Source of the DNA: Deltaproteobacteria bacterium
GTDB taxonomy: Bacteria > Myxococcota > UBA727 > VGSZ01
Length of the DNA stretch: 64,000 nt
NCBI GenBank assembly: GCA_016177705.1
Contig: JACOUT010000009.1
Coordinates: forward strand, 271,519-335,518
Direction of reading: 5' to 3'
Shown here: one piece after another, positions 45,629-57,523 of the stretch
Layout of the letters: each line of letters opens with the position of its first letter
How positions within the stretch are numbered: the stretch's first letter is position 1
Position numbers and translations under genes: made by a program
Notes under the pieces: generated by a model
What the model saw: only the letters and a program-made list of their open reading frames with translations
Databases searched by the model: none
What the model was told of the DNA's origin: nothing

Positions 45629-46126
45629 ATGCGGGCAATCGTCGGGGCGGTGTTCCTCTGCGTCGGCTGCGAGCCCTGGGGGGCGCCCATCGATGCGGGC
45701 ACCGCGGAGGATGGCGGTCCCGCGGACGCCGGCGTGGACCCGTTCGACGCCGGCTGCACGGCGTCGGCCGTCGAACCGGTGGAACCCTGCGGCGGCGCGG
45801 TCGCGACCTGCGCCGACCTCGAGGCCGAAGCCGCCGACGCCATCGAGCAGGCGCTCGTCGGCGCGCGCAGCGGCTGCACCACCCCCGACGACTGCACCTT
45901 GCTCGGCGACGTGCGGGTGCACTGCCCGTTCGAACCGACCTTCGTCGAGGTGTGGTGCCCAGTGGCGGTGCTCAAGACCAGCACCTGCGAGTTCACGGCG
46001 GCGTTGGAGGCGGCCTCACAGGAGGTCTGTGACCGGTGTCGCGAGCAGGCGTGCGACTCCACGCCGAACTGCCCGCCGACGACGGTGGTGTGCCGCGAGG
46101 GCGTCTGTGTCGCCGAGGTGCCGTAG
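45629..46126 (+). CDS. Cys-rich (14 Cys) lipoprotein, hypothetical
   Basis: ATG 45629 with GAGGGAG upstream. Lipobox MRAIVGAVFLCVGC; acidic; ends REGVCVAEVP. Confidence 0.55.
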   Translation: MRAIVGAVFLCVGCEPWGAPIDAGTAEDGGPADAGVDPFDAGCTASAVEPVEPCGGAVATCADLEAEAADAIEQALVGARSGCTTPDDCTLLGDVRVHCPFEPTFVEVWCPVAVLKTSTCEFTAALEAASQEVCDRCREQACDSTPNCPPTTVVCREGVCVAEVP

Positions 46127-46182
46127 TCGAGCACGGCCGAGGCGGAACGAGGCGCGCAAACCCTGCCTGGCGATCCAGCGCC

Positions 46183-46196
46183 GGGCGTTCTAGCAG
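46183..46196. repeat. Left arm of a 14-bp perfect inverted repeat (gggcgttctagcag)
   Basis: Reverse complement of 46746-46759. Lies 10 nt upstream of the dut ATG. Confidence 0.85.
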
Positions 46197-46205
46197 TCGC
46201 TCGCC

Positions 46206-46676
<471 letters not shown>

Positions 46677-46745
46677 CGCCAGGGTGAGATCCGGCACGCT
46701 CGGCAAGCCGCCGACGTCGCTTCGCCGTTCACGTTCGCCGGCAAC

Positions 46746-46759
46746 CTGCTAGAACGCCC
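46746..46759. repeat. Right arm of the 14-bp perfect inverted repeat (ctgctagaacgccc)
   Basis: Reverse complement of 46183-46196. Lies 24 nt upstream of the kinase TTG start. Confidence 0.85.
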
Positions 46760-46782
46760 CATTCCCTCGGGGGACGCCCGCC

Positions 46783-49700
46783 TTGCTCTGTTTCCGCTGT
46801 GGCTCGTACAACCCGGAGAACGCGCAGAAATGCAGCGTGTGCGGGCAGGGCTTCATCGACGAGGCGGGCAAGGTCATCGGCCCGCCGCGCCGACCGTCGC
46901 AGACCGCGCAGCCGGCCAGCATCTTCGTCCCCGGCGAGACCGTGGCCGGCCGCTACAAGATCGCCGAGCTGCTCGGGCAGGGCGGCGTGGGCGCCGTCTA
47001 TCGCGCGCGCGACCTCGAGATCGACGTCGACGTGGCGTTGAAGGCCATCACCGCCAACCTGCTGCAGACCGACGAGGAGCAGAAGAACTTCTCCAAGCAG
47101 ATCAAGGCCGCGCGCAAGCTGCAGCACCCGAACATCGTGCGCATCTACGACGAGGGCCACGAGGGCAACCGGCGCTTCTACACCATGAAGCTGCTCGAGG
47201 GCCTGACGCTGAGGAAGATCATCCGGCTGCGTCACGAGAAGGGGCAGCCCTTCTCGGCCGAGGAGCTGGTGCCGATCTTCCACCAGCTCGCCGCCGCGCT
47301 CGACTACGCGCACAAGACCACGTGGCACGGCGACCTGCGCCCCGAGAACATCGTGGTGCTGCCCGATGTCCTCAAGATCACCGACTTCCACCTCGTCAAG
47401 GCGCTGCCGCTCAAGCCCTTCCTCGGCATCGCCAAGACCAAGACCAAGGCCTTCCCCTACATCGCGCCCGAGCTGCGCGTGGAGGCGCAGAACATCGACG
47501 GGCGCGTCGACGTCTACGCGCTCGGCGTCGTCCTGTGCGAGATGCTGACCGGCCTGGTCTTCGAAGGGCACTACTCGCGCGCGCTGACGGCCGCGCTCGA
47601 GCAGCTCCCCACGCGCCTCGACGGCATGGTGCGCAAGGCCATGTCCGAGCACCCCGACGGACGCTTCGCGCGTGCCAGCGACATGGCGCGCGAGCTCGAG
47701 GCCGCGCTCGGCGCGCTGACGGGCCCGCTGCCGCCGCCGGTGCGCCAGGGGGCGGCGGCGCCCGCCGCCCAGCCGCCCGGCGCCGCGGTCGGCATGCAGC
47801 TGCCACCCGGCACGGGGCGCCCGCCGCCGCCGCCGCCGCCCGAGACCGGGCCCTCCTTTGACGCGTATCCCGGGGGTCCGCCGCCCGGCGCCGAGGTGGG
47901 CGAGACCTCGGAGCCGCCGCGCGAGCCGTCCGACATCATCGAGATCGGCCAAAGCCAGGTGGTGCTGCTCGACGGCGCCAGCACGCAGCCGCCGCCGGCG
48001 CCGCCCACCAACCCCACGTCGGGCGAGCTGGCCGAAGCGGCCGTGCGCCTGATGGCGGTGTCGTCGTCCAACCCCGAGGACACGCTCGACGAGGCGCCCG
48101 GCACCTCCGACCTCGACACAGCGCCGCGCGGCGCACCGCTGCCCAAGGAGATCGTGGTCGGCCCGGCGGCGGCGTCCGGCGGCGGTCGCTTGGTCGATGG
48201 GCAGGGCAGGCCGAAGAGCCCGGAGGCCCTGGTCGAGGCGCTCTACTCCGACGAACGCGACGCCAACCTGATCCCGCCGCCGTTGCCCGACGTCCACGAC
48301 GGCACCCTCGAGCGGCGCGTGGTGCTGTCGGGCGACGACGACAGCGACGAGGACACGGCCGAGCGCCGCGCGCTCTCTGCGCCCGCCGCGCTGCCGTCGT
48401 CGACCAGCGGCGATCGCGGGCGGCCGGCGCCCACGCCCGACAGCGAGATCCACGACGCGGTCACGGCGCTCAAGTCGCACCCCGAAGAGCTGATGGACGA
48501 AGGGCCGCGCGCGGCGCTGGTTGCCGACCGGGTGCGCTCGCAGGAGGCCTCGGCGAGCCGGCCACGCCCGCCGGTGGCCGGCGCGCCCCCGCCGAAGTCT
48601 GCCGCGGCGCCGCCGCCCATCGAGGACGACGACAGCTTGAAGGACACGCTGTCGGCGGACGTCTTGCGCGCGGCGCGCGAGCGCAGCTCACCGAGCCTGC
48701 ACGCGAGCGAGCCACTGTCGCCGCCGGTGGTGGCGCCGCCACCGGTGTTGCGCCCGGTGCTGCCGCCCACCCGCTCGCGCACCGGGCCGAGCCCGCTGTT
48801 GGTGGCGCTGGTCATCGCGGCCACGGTCATCGGCATCGTCGTGGTCGGCAAGATCGCGACGCGGCGACCGACGGACAAGGACGACCGCGCGCTGGTCTTG
48901 CCGGGCAAGCCCGACGATGTGCCGATCCCGGCGCTAACCCCGAGCGCCGACGCCGGGCTTGCTGCCGAGGCGGCCGCCGATGCCGGCACCGCCGTCGTCG
49001 CGGTCGCGCCGGACGTGCCCAAGCCCGACGTGCCCAAGCCCGACGTGCCCAAGCCTGACGTGCCCAAGCCTGACGTGCCCAAGCCCGACGTGCCCAAGCC
49101 GGACGTGCCCAAGCCTGACGTGCCCAAGCCCGACGTGCCCAAGCCCGACGTGCCCAAGCCGGACGTCACGCCGCCCGAGCCGCCGAAGCCCGACGCGACG
49201 GTGGCGCTGGCCGACCTGAGCTGCCCACGCGGCATGGCGCTGGTCGCCCCCGGCAAGTTCACCTTCGGCTCCACCGCGTCTGACCCGATGCGCAACTACG
49301 GTGAGCTCGACGCCGGCGCCGTCGACATGGGCGCCTTCTGCGTCGAGTACTACGAGCAGCCAAACGGCAAGGACTCGCTGCCGACCACCGGCGTCTCCTG
49401 GCAAGCGGCCAAGAACGCCTGTGAGTCCGTCGGCCGGCGGCTGTGCAGCGAGCGCGAGTGGGAGCGCGCCTGCAAGGGCCCCGGCTCCTCGCGCTTCCCC
49501 TACGGCGACCTGTACGACGCCGAGGTGTGCAACACCGAAGACGCCGACGGCAAGCCGCGCGCGCTGGCACCAGCCAGCTCCTTCAAGAAGTGCAGGAGCG
49601 GCTTCAAGGTCTTCATGATGGCCGGCAACGCGGAGGAGTGGGTGGCCGACCAGAGCGGCGGTCAGCGTATCGCCAAGGGCGGCGCCGCCGACCGACCGGA

Positions 49701-49797
49701 CTTCGCGTCGCGCTGCTCGGCACGACGCTCGCTCGGCCCGCGCACCAGCGCGCCGACGCTCGGCTTCCGCTGCTGCGCGGACCCGAAGCAACCCTGA
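46783..49797 (+). CDS. Zinc-ribbon Ser/Thr protein kinase with TM segment, (PDVPK)10 spacer and FGE-sulfatase (SUMF1-like) ectodomain
   Basis: TTG start MLCFRCGSYNPENAQKCSVCG. Kinase motifs LGQGGVGAVY, VALKAI, HGDLRPEN, DFH, APE. Long Pro-rich linker; TM LLVALVIAATVIGIVVV. C-terminus CPRGMALV...FGS...VSWQAAKNACESVGRRLCSEREWERACKG...NAEEWV...LGFRCC. Confidence 0.8.
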   Translation: MLCFRCGSYNPENAQKCSVCGQGFIDEAGKVIGPPRRPSQTAQPASIFVPGETVAGRYKIAELLGQGGVGAVYRARDLEIDVDVALKAITANLLQTDEEQKNFSKQIKAARKLQHPNIVRIYDEGHEGNRRFYTMKLLEGLTLRKIIRLRHEKGQPFSAEELVPIFHQLAAALDYAHKTTWHGDLRPENIVVLPDVLKITDFHLVKALPLKPFLGIAKTKTKAFPYIAPELRVEAQNIDGRVDVYALGVVLCEMLTGLVFEGHYSRALTAALEQLPTRLDGMVRKAMSEHPDGRFARASDMARELEAALGALTGPLPPPVRQGAAAPAAQPPGAAVGMQLPPGTGRPPPPPPPETGPSFDAYPGGPPPGAEVGETSEPPREPSDIIEIGQSQVVLLDGASTQPPPAPPTNPTSGELAEAAVRLMAVSSSNPEDTLDEAPGTSDLDTAPRGAPLPKEIVVGPAAASGGGRLVDGQGRPKSPEALVEALYSDERDANLIPPPLPDVHDGTLERRVVLSGDDDSDEDTAERRALSAPAALPSSTSGDRGRPAPTPDSEIHDAVTALKSHPEELMDEGPRAALVADRVRSQEASASRPRPPVAGAPPPKSAAAPPPIEDDDSLKDTLSADVLRAARERSSPSLHASEPLSPPVVAPPPVLRPVLPPTRSRTGPSPLLVALVIAATVIGIVVVGKIATRRPTDKDDRALVLPGKPDDVPIPALTPSADAGLAAEAAADAGTAVVAVAPDVPKPDVPKPDVPKPDVPKPDVPKPDVPKPDVPKPDVPKPDVPKPDVPKPDVTPPEPPKPDATVALADLSCPRGMALVAPGKFTFGSTASDPMRNYGELDAGAVDMGAFCVEYYEQPNGKDSLPTTGVSWQAAKNACESVGRRLCSEREWERACKGPGSSRFPYGDLYDAEVCNTEDADGKPRALAPASSFKKCRSGFKVFMMAGNAEEWVADQSGGQRIAKGGAADRPDFASRCSARRSLGPRTSAPTLGFRCCADPKQP
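49009..49158 (+). repeat. 10 x 15-bp near-perfect tandem repeat (ccSgacgtgcccaag) encoding (PDVPK)10, plus one degenerate unit to about 49173
   Basis: Read directly from the sequence. Units differ only at the third position of the Pro codon (ccc/cct/ccg). In frame within the kinase gene. Confidence 0.95.
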
Positions 49798-49898
49798 ACC
49801 GCGCGCGGCCGCTCACCGCGGGCTCGCCGTGCCGGGACCAGGGTCCGAAACGAGCGCCGCAGTAGCGCTTCGCGTTACAACCAGGCACCGGAGCTCCC

Positions 49899-51502
49899 AT
49901 GCGTCGCATCGGTGCCGTTTCCTTGCTCGCGTGCCTCGGCTGCAGCGCCGGGCCGCCGGAGATCCCGGAGGCCACCGACTACTGCGTCAAGACCATCGAG
50001 TCGGACATCGAGGTGCCGACGGAGCGTGCGGCCGACGTGCTGATCGTCGTCGACAACTCGGGCTCGATGGCCGAGGAGCAGCAGAACCTGGCCGACAACT
50101 TCTTGAACCAGGATCCCGCCGCCTGTCCGCTGCAGGACCTGCAGAACATCCCAGAGGAGCTCAAGAACCCGGCGCCGGCGCTCTACCAGGGCAACGGCCC
50201 GCTCGCGCAGTGCGGCTTCATCCAGTTGGTGGCGGCCTTCGAGAACGACTTCCGCGTCGGCGTCATCACCACCGACGTCGGGCTGTGCGACAACCGCGTG
50301 CCGTCGGCGCAAGGCGGCGACGCTTGGGGTTTCCGTCCGCAGCGTGGTTGCCTGCAGCCCGACAGCGCACCCGGCGGCACCATGCGCAAGGTGCTGGCGC
50401 GCGCCGACCTCGACGACACCGATGCCGCCAACGACGACCTGGCGGCGCGCTTCTCGAGCACGCTCGCCAACGTCGCCACCTACGGCTCTCCCATCGAGCG
50501 CGGCCTCGACGCCGTCAACTTGTTCCTCGACCCGGCCTCCGACCGAAACCCGTCGTGCGCGGGCGATCTGGAGCTGTTCCGCCGCGCGGACGCCGCGCTG
50601 GTGGTCATCTTCCTCACTGACGAGGAGGACTGCAGCCACGGCCTGGGCGACATGCTCGAGGTGTTCGGCAACGAGAACGACGGCGAGGTGTGCGGCGAGT
50701 TCCCCGGTCACTTCATCAACGTCCCCTCCTCGCGCTGCTACCAGGAGCCCGACGCGCTCTCGCCGGTCGCGCTCTACACCGACGCGCTCGTCGCCGCCGA
50801 CCCCGACGTCAAGGTGGCCGTGGTCGCGGGCGGCATCGGCGAGGCGGGCGCCATCACGCCTGCCGGCTGCCTGGTCGGCGGCGACGGTCTGCCCACCGGC
50901 GGCGCCGACGTCTGCTTCTCGTCGGGTGGGCTGTCGAACGCGGTCGGCCCCGGCGAGACCTGCGCGCCCGACACGGCGCCGGCCCGCGGCGACCTGCCGT
51001 GCTGTGTGGCTGACGCGGGTGGGCGCTACTACGCGCTCGCCGACGCCATCGGCAACTCGCGCACCGACTCCATCTGCAACCAGTCGTTCCGCCGCTCGAT
51101 GATCGACATCGCAGCCTTCATCGCCGCGGTCGACTCCGTGCGCCTGGCCGAGCCGCCCGACAGCCCGAACGCGGTGTTGGTCGAGCTGACGCGCGCCGGC
51201 TCCGACGAGGCCGAGCTGTTGACGCGGCTGACGGGTGCGGAGCAGTGCGCGACCGCCACCGGCTGGTACCTCGAGGGCGAGGATCGCATCGTGCTGTGCG
51301 GCGGCGCCCGCCCCGGTCCGGGCGACTCCATCTCGGTGAAGGCGCGCGGCGACAGCGACGGCGTCGACGAGGTCGACGCCTGTAACGCGCCGCGCTTCGA
51401 GGCGTCGGGCGGCGGCGTCAACTGCGCGGCCGGCGCCGGCGCCGAGGCTTGGGCGGCGCTCGCGCTCGTCCTTGGCCTGACGCGCCGACGGGTGCGCCGC
51501 GC

Positions 51503-51506
<4 letters not shown>
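49899..51506 (+). CDS. vWA-like lipoprotein with MYXO-CTERM-type C-terminal sorting signal
   Basis: Lipobox MRRIGAVSLLACLGC. MIDAS-like LIVVDNSGSM. C-terminus GGGVNCAAGAGAEAWAALALVLGLTRRRVRRA (Cys, hydrophobic helix, Arg cluster). Confidence 0.6.
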
Positions 51507-53392
<1,886 letters not shown>

Positions 53393-53412
53393 ATCGCGTG
53401 GTACAGGGGCCC

Positions 53413-54345
53413 GTGCGCTTCGCGGTGCTCGGCAGCGGCAGCAAGGGTAACGCCCTGGTGGTGCAGGGCGGGGGCACCACCGTGCTGGTCGACGCCGGCT
53501 ACGCGCCGCGCGAGCTGAAGCGCCGCCTGCACGCGCTCGACCTCGAGCTGACCGACGTGCGCGCGCTGTTGGTGACCCATGGCCACAGCGACCACGTCAA
53601 GGGCGCGCGCGCTCTCGCCGGCGCGCTCGGCGTGCCCAGCTACGCCACCGAGGCGACGCGGCGCTTCTGCGCCCGCTCCGGTGCGCTGCACAACCACGCT
53701 TCGATCGCGCCTGGCGCGCGCCTCGACGTCGCCGGCCTGTCGGTGCTGCCGCTCGCCACCGCGCACGACGCGCCGGGGTCGGTCTGCTTCGTCATCGACG
53801 ACGGCGACGAGCGGCTCGGCGTCTGCACCGACCTCGGCGAGCCGGACGCCACCATCGTGGAGGCGCTGGCCGGTTGCCAGGCCGTGTTGGTCGAGCTGAA
53901 CCACGACGCCGAGATGCTGCGCTCGGGCCCCTACCCGATCCACCTCAAGCGGCGCATCGCCTCCGCGCGCGGTCACCTGTCGAACGAGCAGGGTGCAGCG
54001 CTGTTGGCGCAGGCGCGCCGGCCCACATGGTCGCGCGTGCTGCTCGGGCACCTCTCCGAGGTCAACAACACGCCCGCGCTCGCGCTCGCGGCCGCGCGCG
54101 CCGTGCTCGACGGCGCCGATGTCGAGGTCGCATGCGCGCCCCAGCACCACCCCACCGGCTGGCTGCGCGTGCGGCGACAGCGCCCGAGTGGCGCCGGCCT
54201 GGCCGTTCGTCTTGCGGCCGCCGACGAGGTGATCCCCGCGGCGCCGGCCGCCGTCGAGGTGGTCCCCGCCCCCCGCCATCGCGCGCTCGAGGCACAGCTC
54301 GCGCTCTTCGCCACGGCGACCTCCCGCACCCGGAGCCCCCGATGA
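53413..54345 (+). CDS. MBL-fold metallo-hydrolase
   Basis: VRFAVLGSGSKGNA...LVTHGHSDHVKG (HxHxDH)...H...NHD. GTG 53413; GTG 53398 is an alternative start. Confidence 0.7.
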   Translation: MRFAVLGSGSKGNALVVQGGGTTVLVDAGYAPRELKRRLHALDLELTDVRALLVTHGHSDHVKGARALAGALGVPSYATEATRRFCARSGALHNHASIAPGARLDVAGLSVLPLATAHDAPGSVCFVIDDGDERLGVCTDLGEPDATIVEALAGCQAVLVELNHDAEMLRSGPYPIHLKRRIASARGHLSNEQGAALLAQARRPTWSRVLLGHLSEVNNTPALALAAARAVLDGADVEVACAPQHHPTGWLRVRRQRPSGAGLAVRLAAADEVIPAAPAAVEVVPAPRHRALEAQLALFATATSRTRSPR

Positions 54346-55640
54346 TCCCGCGCTACAGCCACGAGACCCTGGTGCGCCTCTGGTCGGATGCCCACCGCCT
54401 GCGCGTCTGGCTCGACGTCGAGATCGCGGTGACCGCCGCCTGGGAGGCGCGCGGGCAGGTGCCCGGCGGCACGGCGGCGCGGCTGTCCGCACGGGCGCGG
54501 GACATCGACACGGCCGCGCTCGCGGCGCGCCAGACCGAGCTCGAGCAGACCACGCAGCATGACGTGATCGCGTTCCTGCAGGCATGCGAGGAGCTGCTCG
54601 GCGACGACGCGCGTTGGCTGCACTTCGGCATGACCTCGTCCGACGTGGTCGACACCGCGTTCGCGCTCTTGCTGCGCGAGGCCGGCACCGAGGTGCTCGG
54701 TGCGCTCGATCGCGTGCCCGCGGCGCTGCGCGAGCGCGCGCTCGAGCACAAGATGACGCCGTGCCTCGGGCGCACGCACGGCCAGGCCGCCGAGCCGACC
54801 ACCTTCGGGCTCAAGCTGCTCTCGTCATGGGCGGAGCTGTCACGCGGACGCGCGCGACTGCTGGCCGCGCTCGAGGAGGTGCGCACCGGCAAGATCGCGG
54901 GCGCGGTCGGCAACTACGGCAACGTGCCGCCCGACGTCGAGGCGGCAGCGCTCTCCTCGCTCGGCCTCACGGTCGAGCCGGTGGCGACGCAGGTGGTGCC
55001 ACGCGACCGCCACGCGGTGTTCTTCTCCACGCTCGCCGTCATCGCGGGCGGCCTCGAGCGGCTGGCCGTCGAGGTTCGCCACCTGCAGCGCACCGAGGTC
55101 AAGGAGGCCTTCGAGCCCTTCGGCAAGGGCCAACGCGGCAGCTCGGCCATGCCGCACAAGAAGAACCCCATCCTGTCGGAGAACCTGACCGGCTTGTGCC
55201 GGCTGCTGCGCGGCTACGCCGGTGCCGCGCTGGAAGACATCGCGCTTTGGCACGAGCGCGACATCTCCCACTCGTCGGTCGAGCGCGTGATCGCGCCCGA
55301 CGCCACCACGGCGCTGCACTTCGCGCTCCTGCGCACCGAGAAGCTCGTGCGTGGCCTGGTGGTCGACCCGGCACGCATGGCGCACAACCTGGCGGCGGCA
55401 GGCGACATCGTCGGCTCGGGCGCAGTGCTGCTGGCGTTGGTCGAGCGCGGCGTGCCGCGCCAGGAGGCCTATGGCTGGGTGCAGCGCTGCGCGCTCGGTG
55501 GCGGCGACTTCAAGAAGCAGCTCGCCGCCGACGCCGAGGTGTCGACGCGACTCACCGCCGCGGACGTCGATCGTCTGCTCAGCGTCGAGCACCACTTGCG
55601 CCACGTCGACGCCATGTTCGCGCGCGTGCTCGGCTCGTGA
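54342..55640 (+). CDS. purB: Adenylosuccinate lyase
   Basis: ATG 54342 overlaps the previous stop (ATGA). HFGMTSSDVVDT, GRTHGQAAEPTTFG, GSSAMPHKKNP (signature), WHERDISHSS. Confidence 0.9.
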   Translation: MIPRYSHETLVRLWSDAHRLRVWLDVEIAVTAAWEARGQVPGGTAARLSARARDIDTAALAARQTELEQTTQHDVIAFLQACEELLGDDARWLHFGMTSSDVVDTAFALLLREAGTEVLGALDRVPAALRERALEHKMTPCLGRTHGQAAEPTTFGLKLLSSWAELSRGRARLLAALEEVRTGKIAGAVGNYGNVPPDVEAAALSSLGLTVEPVATQVVPRDRHAVFFSTLAVIAGGLERLAVEVRHLQRTEVKEAFEPFGKGQRGSSAMPHKKNPILSENLTGLCRLLRGYAGAALEDIALWHERDISHSSVERVIAPDATTALHFALLRTEKLVRGLVVDPARMAHNLAAAGDIVGSGAVLLALVERGVPRQEAYGWVQRCALGGGDFKKQLAADAEVSTRLTAADVDRLLSVEHHLRHVDAMFARVLGS

Positions 55641-55662
55641 TCGCGGCTCGTTGGCGCGCGGG

Positions 55663-57027
55663 TCAGCGCGGGCGCGCGTTGCGCCAGTGATCGCGGGGCG
55701 CTGAGCGCTTGCCGTCGCGGCCCACTACCGTGAGCGCGGGGGCATCCGAAGCGCGCGGCGCCGCCGAGCCGCCCTCGAGGTGCTCGAGCAAGTCGCGGTA
55801 GAGCGGGATGCCGTCGTCGCGCTCGATGGCGAGGTGCAGGTGCTGCACGGCGGCGGCGCGTTCCCCCTTGCCGAGCAGATCGACGGCGCTCAGGTACAGC
55901 CGGCGCGCGCGCTCGCGCTCCTCCAGGCTCACCTTGGGGCGCGACGGGATCTTGACGATCACCGGGCTGACCGCCTTGCCGCCCGAGAGCGCGGGCCGCG
56001 TCGCCTTGGCGCCGGCGTGGCCGCTGCGCTTCTCGGGGAACACCGTCTCGACGCTGTTGGCGAACCGCTCCTCGAATTCGGGGAACGACGGCAGCGGCGC
56101 CGTCGACGCGGTGGTCTCGAGCACGGGCATGCCCTCGAGCGACGGAATGGAGACGTCGCCCACGCCGTCGAGGCCGAGCGCCTTGGCCATGGCGCGCAGG
56201 TCGTCGATCGCCTCCAGCTCGTGCAGGTCGTCGAGCGCGTCTGCGCTCCTGGGCGCACTGCCCTTCTTGGGCGGGCGCTTGGCCGAGGGCGGCAGCGGCG
56301 GCGGCGGCACGAACGCCACGCGGGGCAGGGGGCGCGCCGGCGTGTCCTCGAACTCGAGCTGCAGGCGGTACAGGTCGCTCGGACGCGTCACCTTGTCGCT
56401 CGACGACGAGCGCGGCGCGGGCGGCAGGCCCGGGATGGTGTTCTCCTCGCCCAGCACTTGCAGCACGCGCGGCGGCGGCGCGGCGTCGGAGAGCATCGGC
56501 GGCGGCGCGTGCGTGGCCAACGGCTCGATGCGCGCCGCGACGCGCGGCTTGGGGCGCGCCGCCGGCGGCAGCGGCGGCGGGCGCGGCAGCTCGATGGGCT
56601 TCAGGTCGATGGGCTTTGGGGCCGCCGGCGCGGGCGCCGCCTGCCGCACGTCGGTCGTCACGGGCTGGTCGCGCGCCGGCAAGCGGCGCTGCGCCGGGAT
56701 CTCGATGGTGGCCTCGAGCTCCGCCAGGCTGTCCTGCAGCGCCGCGTCGACATCACCGCCGGCAGGCAGGCGGCGGGTTTGCTCGCCCGGCAGGTCGAGC
56801 GCCTCGAACAGCTCGTCGGCGAACGAGCGATGCGCCGCTCTGCCGTCGAAGGCGCCCTCGAGGGCCGGGATGGGCGTGCCGCGGGCGGGCGTGCCGCCAG
56901 CCAGCACCATCTGATCGAGGCGCTGGGCGAGCGGTACGGGCGCTCGTGGGGCTGGCGGCGGCGCAGCCCTGCGGTCGGCAGCGCGCGCCTCCTCGAGCAG
57001 CGACCGGAACGGCTCCTTGGCGGGCAA
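55663..57027 (-). CDS. Hypothetical Pro-rich protein with TPR-like C-terminus
   Basis: This is the only frame here with normal amino-acid composition. Pro-rich middle (PRPPPLPPAARPKP, PPPPLPPSAKRPPKKG). C-terminal helical segment RARRLYLSAVDLLGKGERAAAVQHLHLAIE. Confidence 0.5.
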   Translation of the reverse strand: MPAKEPFRSLLEEARAADRRAAPPPAPRAPVPLAQRLDQMVLAGGTPARGTPIPALEGAFDGRAAHRSFADELFEALDLPGEQTRRLPAGGDVDAALQDSLAELEATIEIPAQRRLPARDQPVTTDVRQAAPAPAAPKPIDLKPIELPRPPPLPPAARPKPRVAARIEPLATHAPPPMLSDAAPPPRVLQVLGEENTIPGLPPAPRSSSSDKVTRPSDLYRLQLEFEDTPARPLPRVAFVPPPPLPPSAKRPPKKGSAPRSADALDDLHELEAIDDLRAMAKALGLDGVGDVSIPSLEGMPVLETTASTAPLPSFPEFEERFANSVETVFPEKRSGHAGAKATRPALSGGKAVSPVIVKIPSRPKVSLEERERARRLYLSAVDLLGKGERAAAVQHLHLAIERDDGIPLYRDLLEHLEGGSAAPRASDAPALTVVGRDGKRSAPRDHWRNARPR

Positions 57028-57115
57028 CCCTCAACCTCCGTCCCGATCGGACCAGGACTCCTACCTTACCCACCTTGTATCACGAACGCCCACACGTTGG
57101 TCCCCGAAACGACCG

Positions 57116-57511
57116 ATGCGGATCAGCCCGCCCCGCGGCGGGTCTCCGCCCGCGCGTTCGCTGCTAAAAGGCGCCGTGCCGTTTCGCTCGATCCTCGAGA
57201 CCCTGCTCGCGGAGCACGAGCCGGTGGTGCGCGGCGCCATCTTCTGTGACGACGAGGGCGAGCGTGTCGATAGCTGTGGTGTCGCCGGCTGCGACGACGA
57301 GGAGCTGGCGCTGCTCGGCGCCTCCATCGCGACGGTCGCGCCCATGATCCCGAAGGACACCTGCCTGCGTGTCGTGCTGTCGTCGTCGGTGGTGTGGGTC
57401 GCCACCGTCGAGAGCGGCTGCTTTCTGGTGGTCTCGTGCGCGCGCGGCCGCGACGGCGTGGTGCGCGCCGATCTGCCGCGCGCGGTAGCGGCGCTCGCCG
57501 CCCACATGTGA
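57116..57511 (+). CDS. Small cytoplasmic protein, Roadblock/LC7 (MglB-like)-fold candidate
   Basis: FRSILETLLAEHEPVVRGAIFCDDEGERVD...LALLGASIATV...LRVVLSSSVVWVATVESGCFLVVSCARG fits the Roadblock alpha-beta-beta...beta-beta-beta-alpha pattern. Start uncertain (ATG 57116, or GTG 57176 with AAAGG upstream). Confidence 0.4.
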   Translation: MRISPPRGGSPPARSLLKGAVPFRSILETLLAEHEPVVRGAIFCDDEGERVDSCGVAGCDDEELALLGASIATVAPMIPKDTCLRVVLSSSVVWVATVESGCFLVVSCARGRDGVVRADLPRAVAALAAHM

Positions 57512-57523
57512 CACTGCCCGCGC

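Noticed and set aside
49009-49158. Regularly spaced 15-bp repeats considered as a CRISPR-like array
   Set aside because: The units are directly abutting with no spacers and are in frame, encoding PDVPK inside a kinase gene. No cas genes are present.
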